The position numbers were made by a program, and so were the translations under genes. From an uncultured Planctomycetota bacterium (GTDB taxonomy: Bacteria; Planctomycetota; Planctomycetia; Isosphaerales; Isosphaeraceae), in contig CAWGMQ010000004.1 in the NCBI GenBank assembly GCA_963823665.1, positions 1,824,001-1,888,000 on the forward strand: 64,000 bases of DNA, written 5' to 3'. The notes beneath the pieces were generated by a model that worked only from the letters and a program-made list of their open reading frames with translations, was not told the origin of the DNA and made no database searches. The number at the start of each line of letters is the position of its first letter. Position 1 is the first letter of the stretch. Positions 52,401-64,000 of this stretch are shown piece by piece.

Positions 52401-55400
52401 CACCGCCAGCTTCGCGTCAACGATGCCGTCGGGCGGCCCGGCACCAAGCGGCACCTTCACCCTCTTGAACGGCAGCAACCAGGTTTCCTCGGTCGCGGCA
52501 TCGACTCTTTCAAACGGAAAGGTCACGTTCACCATCAACTACCTGTCCCCCGGCTCATACACGTTCACCGTCAACTACAGCGGAGACAGCAACTACCTGG
52601 CCGCATCGCAAACGATAGCGCAAACGGTGATCAAGGGTAATACGAACGTAACTCTTACGTCGTCAGGCAATCCGTTCCCTTCCGGCAAATCCCTCACGCT
52701 GACGGCGATCCTTACCTCGAGTTACCCCATTGCCCCGATGCCGGGCGGAACCGTCACCTTCTACGACGGCGGCACCTCGATCGGCACCGGCACTCTGCAG
52801 TAATAGCGCCGGCCAGGACGAGGCCTACCTGATTCTCTCAAGCCTCGCTGTCGGCGCTCACACGATCACCGCCTCCTATGCCGGCGACACAAACTATAAC
52901 TCGGCCGCCTCCGGGACGTTCTCCCAAACAATCCTCAATGGTGCGACCAACCTGTCCGTAACTTCGTCGCTGAACCCATCCGCTTACGGGCAAACCGTAA
53001 CCTTTAATGCGACCGTCAGCGCCGTGAACAACAGTGCGATTCCCACCGGTTCGGTCACCTTCTACGAGGGGTCCTATTCTCTCGGCAGCGTCGCGCTCAC
53101 CGGCACCCAAGGGCAGGCCCACGCAACTCTGTCGATCTCGACTCTGGCGGTCGGCAGCTACTCGATCACGGCCACTTATCCGGGTGACACTAACTACGAC
53201 GGTTCCAACTCGCCGACCCTGACCCAAACCGTCAATCTGGCGACCACAACCGTGGCGCTGTCGGCCACGCCCAATCCTGCGGTGCTTGAGAACACCGTCA
53301 CATTCACCGCTACCGTTACCGGAGCATCCGGCAGCGGCACACCGAGTGGGGAGGTCGCCTTCTACGACGGCAGCAATCTCCTTGGCGACGGTTATCTGAC
53401 CGGGTCCGCCTCCAGCGACCAGGCGACCTGGTCCGCCGGTGCGCTGACGGTGGGCAGCCATGCGATTCAGGCGGTTTACCTGGGCGACAGCACACACGGC
53501 ACCTCAAGCGCCAGCCTCACCGAAAGCATCGTCCAGGCGACGCCGGCCGTCACTCTGACATCTTCGTCTTCGAGCGCGGCCTTCGGCCAATCGGTGACCC
53601 TGACCGCCGCCGTCGTCCCACCCTCGATGTACGATCCCAACCCGACCGGCACCGTGGTGTTCTTCAACGGCACGACGTCGATCGGTTCCGTGACGCTGAG
53701 CGCCACGAGCGAAGACGTGACCTTGAGCGTTTCCACCCTCTCGGTGGGAACCCACCAGCTCACCGCAACGTACGAGGGCGATGGCAACTTCAATTCCGTC
53801 ACGACGTCCCCCTTGACGGAAACGATCACCAAGGCCAGCGCCAGCACGAGCATCGCTTCGTCCCTCAATCCGGCTTCCTTTGGGCAGCCGATCACCCTCA
53901 CCGCCACTGTCAGTGGCGTCTCCGGCGCCACCGCACCAACCGGCACCATAACCTTCAGCGACGCGGCCGGCACGCTGGGCACCGCATCGCTCAGCGGCAA
54001 CGCCACCAGCGATCAGGCGACGCTCGTCCTGACCAACCCCGCCGTCGGCAGCTATGCCATCACCGCCACCTACGCCGGCGACACCAACTACAGTGGCTCG
54101 TCTTCATCCGCCCTCAGCCAATCCGTGCATCAGGCAAACGCCAATGTTTCGATCACGTCGTCCGTTAATCCTTCGGTTGCCGGGCAGTCGGTCACCTTCA
54201 CCGTCACGGTCACCTCCTCGACAGGGGTCGGCACGCCGACGGGTACGATCACGCTCTACAACGGCCTCATGACCCAGCTCGGTCAGGCGACACTCTCGAG
54301 CGGACAGGCAACGTTCCACATTTCGACGCTCCCGGTCGGCACAAACAACATCACACCCTCCTACAGCGGCGATTCCAACTTCTACTCAAGCAGCACCTCG
54401 ATCCAGCAAACTGTCAATAAGGCCACGCCGAGCGTCGCGCTCAGCACCTCGGCCAGCTCCGCGGCGTTCGGACAGAGCGTGACCTTCACGGCCACCATCA
54501 CGCCGACCAGTCCGGAGCCGACCGGCACCGTCAACTTCATGAACGGCACCACCCAGCTCGGCTCGGTTTCCTTGAGCGGCACCAATCAGGTCACCTTCAC
54601 GACCAGCACCCTGACGCCCGGCACCTATACCATCACCGCCCAGTACCAGGGCGACACCAACTACACCGCCGCCACTTCGGCTTCGGTGACCGAGACGATC
54701 AGCTTTGGGAACACGAGCACCGTGTTGACCTCGTCGCAGAATCCGTCGACCATCAATTCTTCGGTAACGCTGACGGCCACGGTGACCCAGGCCGCCGGCA
54801 GCACCTTCCCCACGGGCACCGTGACCTTCTTTAGCGGCTCGAGCGCGATCGGCACCGCCACCCTCTCCTCCGAATATGGGACCGATCAGGCGAGCATCTC
54901 GGTATCGAACCTGCCGGCCGGCACGTCGAGCCTGACTGCCCAGTTTGGCGGCAACGCCGACTATAATGGTTCGACCTCGGCGACACTGACTCAGACGGTG
55001 AACAAGATCGCGTCGGCCGCCTCCCTCAGCGCCTCGCCCAACCCGGCGACGGCAGGCGCCTCGGTGACGCTGACGGCAACCGTCACGCCCGCATCCGGCA
55101 TCGGGACGGCGCCGACCGGCACGGTGACGTTCCTGAATAACGGCGTCTCGATCGGTACCGGCACGCTGAACATTTACGAGCAAGCATCTCTGACAGTAGC
55201 AGCCGGCTTCACGCCGGGCACCTTTAGCCTCACGGTGCAGTATGGTGGCGACGGCACCTACAACAGCACCACTTCCACGGTTGTCACCGAGACCGTCAAC
55301 AAGGCAACCCCAAGCGTCAGCGTGGCATCGTCGGCCAATCCGTCCAACTCCGGCCAGTCGGTCACCTTCACCGCAACCGTCACGCCGCCGTCGGGGAACA

Positions 55401-57088
55401 GCCTCAAGCCGAGCGGCACCGTCACCTTCTATGACGGCAGCACGTCGCTGGGCACCGGCACCGTGAGCAGCAGCGGACAGGCGACCTTCGCCACGTCGAC
55501 ACTCAGTGTCGGCACTAACAGCATCTCCGCCCAGTACGGCGGCGACGGCAACTTCAACACGGCCACGTCGTCAGTACTGACGCAGACGGTGAACGCTCCG
55601 GCGGCCGCCACGGTCGCGCTTGCCTCGTCGTCCAGCACGTCACAGGCAGGACAATCCGTGACGTTCACAGCCACCGTCAGCGGAAATCGCTCCACGACCC
55701 CGACCGGCACCGTCACTTTCTATAACGGCAGCACGTCGCTGGGCACCGGCACCTTGAGCAGCAGCGGACAGGCGACCTTCACCACGTCGACCCTATCGGT
55801 GGGCACCCACACGATCACGGCGGCGTACAGCGGCGACTCCACTTACCCGGCGGCCAGCTCCGCGACCTTGACGCAAACGGTGACCTTGGCCACCCCAAGC
55901 GTCAGCGTGGCATCGTCGGCCAATCCGTCCAATTCCGGCCAGTCGGTCACCTTCACCGCAACGGTCACGCCGCCGTCGGGGAACAGCCTCGAGCCGACCG
56001 GCACCGTCACCTTCTATGACGGCAGCACGTCGCTGGGCACCGGCACCGTGAGCAGCAGCGGACAGGCAACCTTCGCCACGTCGGCGCTCAGTGTCGGCAA
56101 TCAAAGCATCACCGCCCACTACGGCGGCGACGGCAACTTCAACACGGCCACGTCGTCAGTACTGACGCAGACGGTGAACGCTCCGGCGACCGCCACGGTC
56201 ACCCTGACCTCGTCGTCGAGCACGTCGGAGGCAGGACAAACCGTGACGTTCACAGCAACTGTCAGCGGAAATCGCTCCACGACCCCGACCGGCACCGTCA
56301 CCTTCTATAACGGCAGCACGTCGCTGGGCACCGGCACTGTCAACAGCAGCGGACAGGCGACCTTCACCACGTCGACCCTGTCGGTCGGCACCCACACGAT
56401 CACGGCGGCGTACAGCGGCGACTCCACTTACCCGGCGGCCAGCTCCGCGACCCTGACGCAAACAGTGACGGCCGACACGGTGAACTTGAGCCTCACCTCG
56501 AGCAACAACCCATCGCTGGTCGGCCAGTCGGTGACGTTCACGGCGGTGATCTCGCCGACGGTCTCCGGCACCCCCACGCCCAGCGGCTCGGTGACGTTCA
56601 TGAACGGCAGCACGGTGCTGGCAACGGTGGCCGTCACGAACGTGTCGGGCCAGTATATCGCCACCTTCACGACATCGTCTCTGACGTTGGGCTCGCACAC
56701 GATCACGGCCAGCTACAGCGATCCCAACTACTCTCCGGCTTCCGCGACGCTCACGCAGCAGGTCACGAACGACTCGATCAGCATCGTGGCTTCGCCTGGC
56801 AGCTCGGTGAGCTCGGGTACATCCGTAACGTTCACGGTTACCGTGACTCCAGCCTCCGGCACCGTCGCGCCGACCGGCACCATCACCTTCGAGGTGGATG
56901 GGACAACCGAAGTAACGGTGACCCTGGTGGCGCAAAGTAACGGTACATCAACGGCGACGTACACGACGTCGTCACTGAGTGTCGGCAGCCACACGATCGA
57001 GGCCGTCTACAGCGGCGATAGCACCTTTCTGGCGAATTCAACGTCGATGATCGAGACGGTGACGGGCAAGGGTAAACTCCCCGCATAG
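46456..57088 (+). CDS. Giant (~3540 aa) secreted protein: right-handed beta-helix repeats plus ~22 bacterial Ig-like (Big_3) domains; one frameshift ~52797
   Basis: LEGLECRIAPA export motif; repeated GNxIGT/GNLISGN; poly-Pro linker ~51093-51135; repeated SxNPS..GQSVTFTATV..PTGTVTF..YSGD; one Ig domain is split across the two ORFs. Confidence 0.9.
55303..56468 (+). repeat. Recent 585-bp tandem duplication (two Ig domains)
   Basis: CAAGCGTCAGCGTGGCATCG at 55311 and 55896; near-identical downstream sequence. Confidence 0.9.
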
Positions 57089-57128
57089 ACGACCACGGGA
57101 GGCTGACGCGGACAAGGGTTCCGGCGGG

Positions 57129-57311
57129 CTGTTGAAAATTTGCAGTATCAGGAGCGGAGATTTCCCTGCGCGAATGTTGCGCCAAGTTTCCCCCCTGTGG
57201 AAGGGGGGCCAGGGTGGCCTGTTGAAAACTTGGAGCATAAGGCTAGGAGATTTCCCATCGCGAATGTTGCGCCAAGTTTCCCCCCCTTTAGAAGGGGGGG
57301 CCAGGGGGGGT
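57129..57311 (+). repeat. Two imperfect 90-bp tandem units ending in a C/G-run hairpin; possible terminator
   Basis: CTGTTGAAAA at 57129 and 57219; shared GCGAATGTTGCGCCAAGTTTCCCCCC. Confidence 0.8.
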
Positions 57312-57579
57312 GCGTCCCGGCGGCCGTCTATGGAGAGTCGCTCGACCGCACCACTCCGACTCCTACTCGTTTTCCTGCTCGTACTCTTCCGCCCCCCGTC
57401 CTCCGCCGTCCGTAGGACAAGGGGGGTGCGTCCCGGCGGCGGCCATCACCAAACTGTCGCGCAACCGGAAACGCCGAATCGTGAACATGGAATGTCGCCA
57501 TTCCGGCCCGCTTTTCATCAGACCGGGGTTCCGGGGCCGGAGCGTGACGACTTCAATCTGATCCCCGGCGACTCGCATG

Positions 57580-57790
57580 ATGCCGCCGGGCTCTCGCGCG
57601 ACCTGCCGAGCCTGCATCTGGTCTCGCGGCAGCTCCAGATACACGGGGTGTTTGTACCTGACCGCCGCCCCGAGCAGCCGGTCGATGTCGCTGAAGTCTG
57701 TCTCCGGACGATCCAGCACCGCCCATGCACCCGTGATCTTCTGGAAGACCTCGAACTGCGCCTCAAACCCTTTGACCTTGTGATGCAACT
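57580..57790 (-). pseudogene. Internal fragment of a ThDP-dependent 2-oxoacid (indolepyruvate-type) decarboxylase
   Basis: LHHKVKGFEAQFEVFQKIT..IDRLLGAAVRYKHPVYLELPRD; no flanking parts of the gene. Confidence 0.65.
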
Positions 57791-57971
57791 CTCTAGTTTA
57801 CTAAAGCCGCTGTATGCTGCCGGAATGCCGAGACCAAGCTCGACCAGGTGAAGGATTGCACCTACCGGTGCTCCCAGAACAACCTGTGCCGCCAGCGGCC
57901 GAACAAAATGGTCGAATTGACAGCCGGGAATATTTCCCGATATCATGGATTCAGTGCTGGGGTGAACGACG

Positions 57972-58271
57972 ATGTTATACCGCCACGTCAACAAGACATT
58001 GAGAAGGATTGAGGCCGAGCCTGACTACAATGGCGGCTACAGCGGAGCCATCGTCGAGGCATTCCGGGAACGAATGCGGACCATCATAAGGGTCGCCAAT
58101 GAAAATGATCTGCGGGCGCTCAAGTCGCTGCACTTCGAGAAGCTCAAGGGGAAGCGTAAGGGCGAGTGCTCGATGCGGATCAACGATCAATTCCGCTTGA
58201 TCTTCCATATAAAGTCGACGGAGCATGGCAATCAACTCGTTATCACGGACATTGAGAAGCATTACGAGTGA
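57972..58271 (+). CDS. higB: HigB-type toxin (RelE/ParE superfamily)
   Basis: DLRALKSLHFEKLKGKRKGECSMRINDQFRLIF; toxin-first order. Confidence 0.9.
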   Translation: MLYRHVNKTLRRIEAEPDYNGGYSGAIVEAFRERMRTIIRVANENDLRALKSLHFEKLKGKRKGECSMRINDQFRLIFHIKSTEHGNQLVITDIEKHYE

Positions 58272-58288
58272 ATTCCGAGGAACAGACG

Positions 58289-58618
58289 ATGGGCGCCAGA
58301 TGGGCAGATATTATGGGGGCGTTCCCGCCGGGCAAGCTAATCCGAGAGGAGCTCGAAGCGAGGGGTTGGACACAAAAGGAGCTTGCCGACCGGATGGACG
58401 CACCTGTTCAGACAATCAGCATGATTGTGAACGGGCGAAAGGCAATCACGGCCGAGACGGCATTGCAGCTACAAGAGGTGTTCGGCGCGTCCGCGGGCAT
58501 GTGGATGGGGCTGGAAGCAGACTGGCAACTCTACAAGGAGGTTAAAAAGCAAAATGCAAGCAGTCGGAGAAAACTGGACCACGCGCCGTCCATGACCCGA
58601 AACGCGCGCGTGAAGTGA
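58289..58618 (+). CDS. higA: HigA-type antitoxin (XRE HTH)
   Basis: PPGKLIREELEARGWTQKELA..IVNGRKAITAETALQL..W. Confidence 0.9.
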   Translation: MGARWADIMGAFPPGKLIREELEARGWTQKELADRMDAPVQTISMIVNGRKAITAETALQLQEVFGASAGMWMGLEADWQLYKEVKKQNASSRRKLDHAPSMTRNARVK

Positions 58619-58881
58619 TCCATAGTCTAATCGCGTGAGACTCCCCCCGGGCGCAAATCAAAACGCCCCGCGACCGGTCCGCTTCCGGACCATCCCCGGG
58701 GCGTAGCTCAAGAATCCCTGTCGTCGTTCGTCTAGACTGACCGCGACCCAATCAGATGAAACCAGATCAACTCAACTCATCTGCATGCAGCAACGGACTC
58801 TCCAACCTGTGGCCTTCGCGAACGGAAAGCCCTCCACCGCATGCAATGTGTTGAACCGATCCACCCGCGATCCATCATCCA

Positions 58882-60194
58882 TCAGTTGCTGATAAACGAA
58901 TCCTGCTCCACCGGGAACTGCTTCAAATAAACCGGCAGCTTGCGCCCGCGGGCGTGATGATCTTCGAATACACCGTGCCGTCAATCGTATTCGAGATGAA
59001 CCGCACGGCCCCGTCGCAGAAGCCCATGTTGCAGCCGGCCGGGTGGCCGCTGTTGGAAAACGGATACGACCCCTCGAGAGTCAGCGACTTGCCGCCGTTG
59101 ATGTTCGAGTAGGTCGTCGCCTTGTTCGCCAGCCCCCAGCCCAGTCCGTCGATCTGCAACTGCACGTTAGGCGCCAGTTGGCCCGCCGTGCAATCGTTCG
59201 ACGCCGGCACTCCGCAGACATAAGACGACCCGATGAACGCCGTGAAGTTCGGCAGCGGGCACGACCAGTTCGTCTCACCGCCCAGGCCCGCCGGTGCATA
59301 AGGCGAGGTGCCGCCGATGCCCGCCAGCACGTTCTCGCTCAGCATGATCGTGCTTCCCGAGCCGTCCGTCACCCCCGCCATCGACGAACGCACGTTCCAC
59401 GGAATTCGATTCGTGATCCCCTGCGGGAACGTCGACTCGAGGAACATCACGCCCAGCTTCTGCGTGTTGGCCATATCCGCAACCCATTGCGGGGCTCCGG
59501 AGAGGGCAATACCCCATTTGAGCTGCGTGGGACCGCCCGTTCCATCCCCAAATTGCGTCCCATTGGCCAGCGGGTTCCACCCGGCCGGGATCACGTGCCA
59601 GAGCGCAAAACCGGTGTTCACCACGTAGCTCAGGTTTCCTTGCCCCACCTGCACCGTGTTGTCATCCGGGCATTGCAAAATCTTGAGGCCCGTCTGACCA
59701 ATCTTCAGATTGGTCAACTGGCCCGGCTGTATCCCTCCAGGCTGCGACGCCAGCACCGTGCCGGGGTCATAGTACGGAACCGGCAGCGAAATCGCCGAGC
59801 CCGACGGCGTGACCCACATCGACCATTGGTCCGACATGTCCGCCTGGTCAAGATAAGGCAGAATCGGCACCACCCAGCTATACATGGGCACGCCAACCGC
59901 GCCCGTGCCGCCCGGCAGCCACGACAAGACCGCCGAATTGGCCGGATTCGGAGCCGTCGGGATCACCTGCGTCGGATCCTCGCAGAACTCACCCGCCGGC
60001 GGAAACACGTTCCGCTGATTCACGTAACCAAGAATGCCCAGTGTAACGTTGTGCATGTTGCTCTGGCACTGCGCACGCCGGCCCGCCTCGCGGGCGGCAC
60101 CAATCGCGGGCAACAGCAGCCCGACGAGCACGCCGATGATGCTGATCACCACCAGCAGCTCGATCAAAGTAAAACCTCGACGACGACGGGTCAT
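58882..60194 (-). CDS. DUF1559 prepilin-type protein with H-X9-DG motif; frameshift near the 3' end (~58945)
   Basis: GFTLIELLVVISII..LLLPAI..AREAGRRAQCQSN; HPAGCNMGFCDGAVRF. Confidence 0.93.
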
Positions 60195-60609
60195 GAGCGG
60201 TTCCTTTCAGAAAAGGAAAGTGAAGCTAAGATCGATTTTAGCCGCGCCAGCGCTCCTCCGGCAAGCTCCAGCGGCGACTCGAAGGCCACGTTTGTTGTGA
60301 TTCACTCATCTACTCATACGCGATTGCCCGGTACTTGTCTCACCCGGTCTGGTCAATTGTCAGTTGCGGCACCCCACGAAGCACACCGCCCCAGTGCCGC
60401 TCAGTGTCGCCTTTCGCTCCGCGAAAGTGCCTCCCCATATCCCCACTCCACCCATTGTCGCCTTTCGCTCCGCGAAAGTACGTCCCTGTATCCCTCACTC
60501 CACTCCCCGCTCCACGAACGAGCCTTTCCCCTCGCGGCCTCATCCCTGCCCAATCACACGTAAGCTCGCTCCCAACGACCCCGACAACTGACAACTGACA
60601 ACTAACAAC

Positions 60610-63600
60610 TCACTGTATCCTATGCTTATAAACCAGCGTTTGCCGGAACCCCGTCGGCGACTGCGGGTTGAACCCCGTCAGCCGCAGCCGGTCAACCAGG
60701 TAGAACCCGCGATACCGCGTGCTCTTCCCATTGGCGGCCCCGATCTCCGGTCCCAGGATGTCGAACGCAGCCCGAGGGTCATACGCGATCATCCCCAGGT
60801 CTCCCTGCCGCTTCACCTCGAAGAACCCGATGGTCAGCCACACCGCGAATTGATGCGTCCGCGGCGTCGTCAAGTTCATCAGCCGCTGCATCTGCTCGCT
60901 CCGCCAGTACGGATGCTCCCGCATGTCCGCGGTCCCACCAGGATTTGTGGCGCTCGCCGTGCCGCCATTGTTACCGAGATGCGGGTTGGAGACCCCAGTC
61001 GGCAGCGGAACCGTCGTCGCCGCAGTGCCGGCCATGTCGCCGGAACATACGTGCTCGCGGCGTTTGCCCCGGGCCAGTATAGGTCCACATTACTCCGGGT
61101 CAGTGCCGCGTAAACCGACGGCGGCATGGACACAGAGTTCGTGTACAGCACCGGTGGCAGAGCGCCGGTAGGATAGTACGGCAACGTTCGTCGCATCGGC
61201 GCGGGGTTAACCGGCTCGTGTTGTTGAGATAAAGATCGCCCGAGCTGCTCGCGTTGCTCGCCCCGGTCGTCAGCGCCAAGCGTACCCGGCGTAGTGGCGC
61301 TGATTGTGCGCTCCCACCGAGGTCAGTATTCGACGTTCCACCTCGATAAGAATCGGCCACCTGGAATAGCCGCCGTACCGGAATCGGCGGCGGATACACC
61401 GGCTCATACGCCGTTCCCCACGGTGTCGTCCGCGTGCCGGTCGTTCCCACAGTGGTCGTCCCCGGCAGCGTGCCCGGATAGGTCGCCGTGGGGTATCCCA
61501 GGAACAGCGTCGGGTTCCTCACCCCGGGGTCGCCGGCGTAGTAGTTCGGCGGCTCACCGTGTTAGTCCGTCGCGCTCGTGTTGGCCACCGGGTTCGTGTA
61601 AGCCGAGGGCGGCAGCACGGCCGGCCGCATCATGCGTGTAATTGATGTCGGGATAAGACAGCGAATGGAACGGCCGCTCAGCCGGAATGCCCGTCGCCCA
61701 CTGATTGTTCGTCAGGGTGGACGGAATCCCTGCGGCGGAGTCCAGTTGGCGTCAACAGCCGAGTTCTGGCCAGTCGCTCCCAATCCATACCCGAACAAGT
61801 AACCCGAACCACCGTGCCGCAACGTCAGGAACTGCACCCACGCGGCTTTCAAGTTGTTGCTGTTTGGCCACGACGGACCCGTCAGCGTCATTGCCGTGGC
61901 CGGGTTGTTCACATTGAAGTACCCGCTCGAAATCGGGTCGAAGTCCGCCATTCCCGGCGACACGGATGCCGTCGTCGCGATCGGTGTCGCCGTCCCGGGA
62001 GTCCCGTTCGCCAGAGTCGACGTCACCACCAGCGGAACCGGGCTCGAAAACTGCGGAAGCATCCAGTTGGGATACGTCGGCGTGCTCCCCGCCGTGGGGA
62101 AGATGTAGTAGAGACTTCCCAGCGGCTGAATCTGGTTGAAATTCAGCAGGCTCTGCGTGAACTGGTTGCTCGCGTTCTGTGCGAGTGCCCGTGCTGTTGT
62201 AGAGTCTGCCCGTTCGTCTGGCTGATCGTCTGACCACCCGCAACGCTGAAGAACACCTCCTCGTCCATGATCAGGTTCAAATTGAGCTGCCCCGGCTTGA
62301 TGTCCTGCCGCATCCAGTCGAAGTTCGACCCGCTCGCCACCGGGCCGATCGCCCCCATCGCCTGGCTCGGCACCTCGAAGAACTCGAACATCTTGAACCA
62401 GCCGTCCGCCCCGTAGCCGCCTACCTGAAAACCCGTGTCGACGGTGATCGGCCCCGCCAAACCCCGAATAGAAGAACTCGTCGTTCAAGTACGGGTACGT
62501 GCGCGGCAGAACAGTCGACGCAGTCAACGTCGTGGACGCCGAATTGAAGTCGTACAGATAGCCGAACGGCAGCGAGCCCGTGTTGAACGCTTGAATCGAC
62601 GCGCTGGTCAACGTCGCCGTGGTCGTCGTCTGGTTGGTTCCCGTGCCAGTCGTCGTCTGCTGCGTCTGGGCCGCACCCACGATCGTCGAATTCGGCCCGT
62701 TGACCGGTGGAATCGACGTCGGGGTCACCGCGTTGAAGATCGCTGAGACAGTACCGCTACCCGGCGGCACGCTTTCCGTCGGCGCAAACTCGACAAACTG
62801 CTTCGTGAAAAGCCCCGGCGAGCAGCCCGGTACCAAGAGCAGCTCCGCTACGCTCGTGAAATCCCGATCGTTGAACGGGAAGTACTCCCACGGCTCAGAC
62901 AGACTGTTTCCCGAGCCCTGCTCGTACTCGTTGGCCCACCCCAGCGTGTGATAGATCGGCGGCGTGGCGAGGATCGAACCGCTACTGCCGCTATAGTAAA
63001 TACCCTGCGTACCCATGCTTTGCGAAGCAGTGCTGGGAACAACGATCTGTTCGGTGTAGCCGTACCGCGGGTCGACCGGAACACTCGTTGTCGACGTGCC
63101 GGTGTAGCTGGTGGATCCCGTCGGCGAGGGAACCGGCACGGCGTGCCCGCCCCGGAACGGCTGGTACCGCTGAACCGAATAAGGGTAGTTGGCGATCGTT
63201 TTCAGGGCAGTAGTCCCAGAACTATTACCAGTGATCGACGGGATCTGCGCAGGCGTAGCGCCCGCCGCATTAGCCACGAGCTTGCCGGTCCCATCGAGGT
63301 ACGGGAAGCGCATCGAATCAACCACCACCATCGGGTTCGAGAGCGAAACCGGCGCAAACAGGTTCGCCGGCCGCCGCAAGCAAACCCAGTAGTACCCAGA
63401 CGGACTCGTCACCGAGGTCGGCGAGATCGGCGCGAGCTGACCTGCCGAGGCGCTCATCGTCGGAATCTTCGTCTGGTAATTGGCCGGCAGCGTGTTCGTG
63501 ATCGCCGTCGTCGTCGTGCTCGTGTTCGTCAATCCAGGCAACACCCCCAGATACAAATTGATCGGCGATGTCGTCGAGTTCGCGCCCGTGAACGGATCGA

Positions 63601-64000
63601 GATTGGGCTTGATCGCCTGGATCATGCTGGCCGGGCTCGTCCCGCTTGGCGTCGCGTAGCCCTGCACCGTGTTATTGGCCGACCAGGTCGCGCCGGGTGC
63701 GGGCCCATTCCGCTCGTACGTCCCCGACCCCGACGCCAACGACGGAGCAGTATTCCCGATCACGTAGAAGTAATCGATGGCTAGAGGCGCCGTCCCACCC
63801 GTCGCCAGCGGCACGCCCGCCGCAATCGGATCCGGTATGGAAGTTGACCCACCTGTAAAATTGGTCGCCGTCGTGCCCGTCGCATAATTAGCAGAAGCAG
63901 GAGGGCCAGTAGGAACAGGAGGTGACGCGTAATAGCCCAGCGGCGTCAGCACAACGTCATAGCCGTCCGTCATCGTTCCCGGCGGCGTTCCCGCCGGCGG
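60610..64000 (-). CDS. Very large T/P/G-rich hypothetical protein upstream of the DUF1559 pilin; partial, several frameshifts
   Basis: Consecutive same-strand ORF pieces; FPFNDRDFTSVAELLLVP, PGQLNLN, C-terminal NLTTPRTHQFAVWLTIGFFEV..RYRGFYLVDR. Confidence 0.7.

Noticed and set aside
55303..56468. Diversity-generating retroelement template/variable repeat pair
   Set aside because: In-frame tandem domain duplication, differences not adenine-specific, and no reverse transcriptase in the window
1..64000. tRNA, rRNA, integrase or prophage genes
   Set aside because: None recognised by eye; a covariance-model search would be needed to exclude small RNAs

Overview
GC-rich bacterial DNA, most likely from a planctomycete (Isosphaeraceae-like, inferred from the extended ECF sigma factor, DUF1559 pilin, LExR-LL export motifs and PEP-CTERM). 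Many single-base frameshifts hit even housekeeping genes (gnd, topA), so the assembly is probably indel-prone. Layout: (1) 1-4.6 kb, a partial secreted glycosidase-like gene, an ECF sigma factor fused to a TolC-like helical domain and a CBM9-like protein. (2) 4.6-10.8 kb, a decayed defence island: DUF433/DUF5615 toxin-antitoxin pair, a collapsed type 1 BREX locus (brxA 5' joined to pglX 3', truncated pglZ) and an intact RloA/RloB-like pair inserted inside it. (3) 11.6-14.3 kb, a non-coding 1.5 kb composite repeat array flanked by iteron-like sites. (4) 14.3-40.6 kb, mostly housekeeping genes (PI-PLC, gnd-zwf-ndh, acpS, topA, der, ald, mtnA, leuCD-cysH-Rrf2-sat/cysC, ABC permease, YkgJ). (5) 40.8-43.2 kb, an 'NALKHGL' hypothetical gene. 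(6) 44-57 kb, secreted proteins including a ~3500-aa beta-helix/Ig-repeat protein, plus an IS1380 relic. (7) HigBA and a DUF1559 pilin cluster. The best candidate for an undescribed system is a fixed-spacing 51-bp module (GTTCCC-N34-TACAAAACGA[A/G], with a CCTT-N7-AAGG dyad in some copies) present nine times: six in the array, one solo and two inside the 3' end of the NALKHGL gene. Both loci are preceded by a 10-bp-periodic triad, suggesting a possible autonomous/non-autonomous element pair. All family calls come from motif recognition, not database searches.
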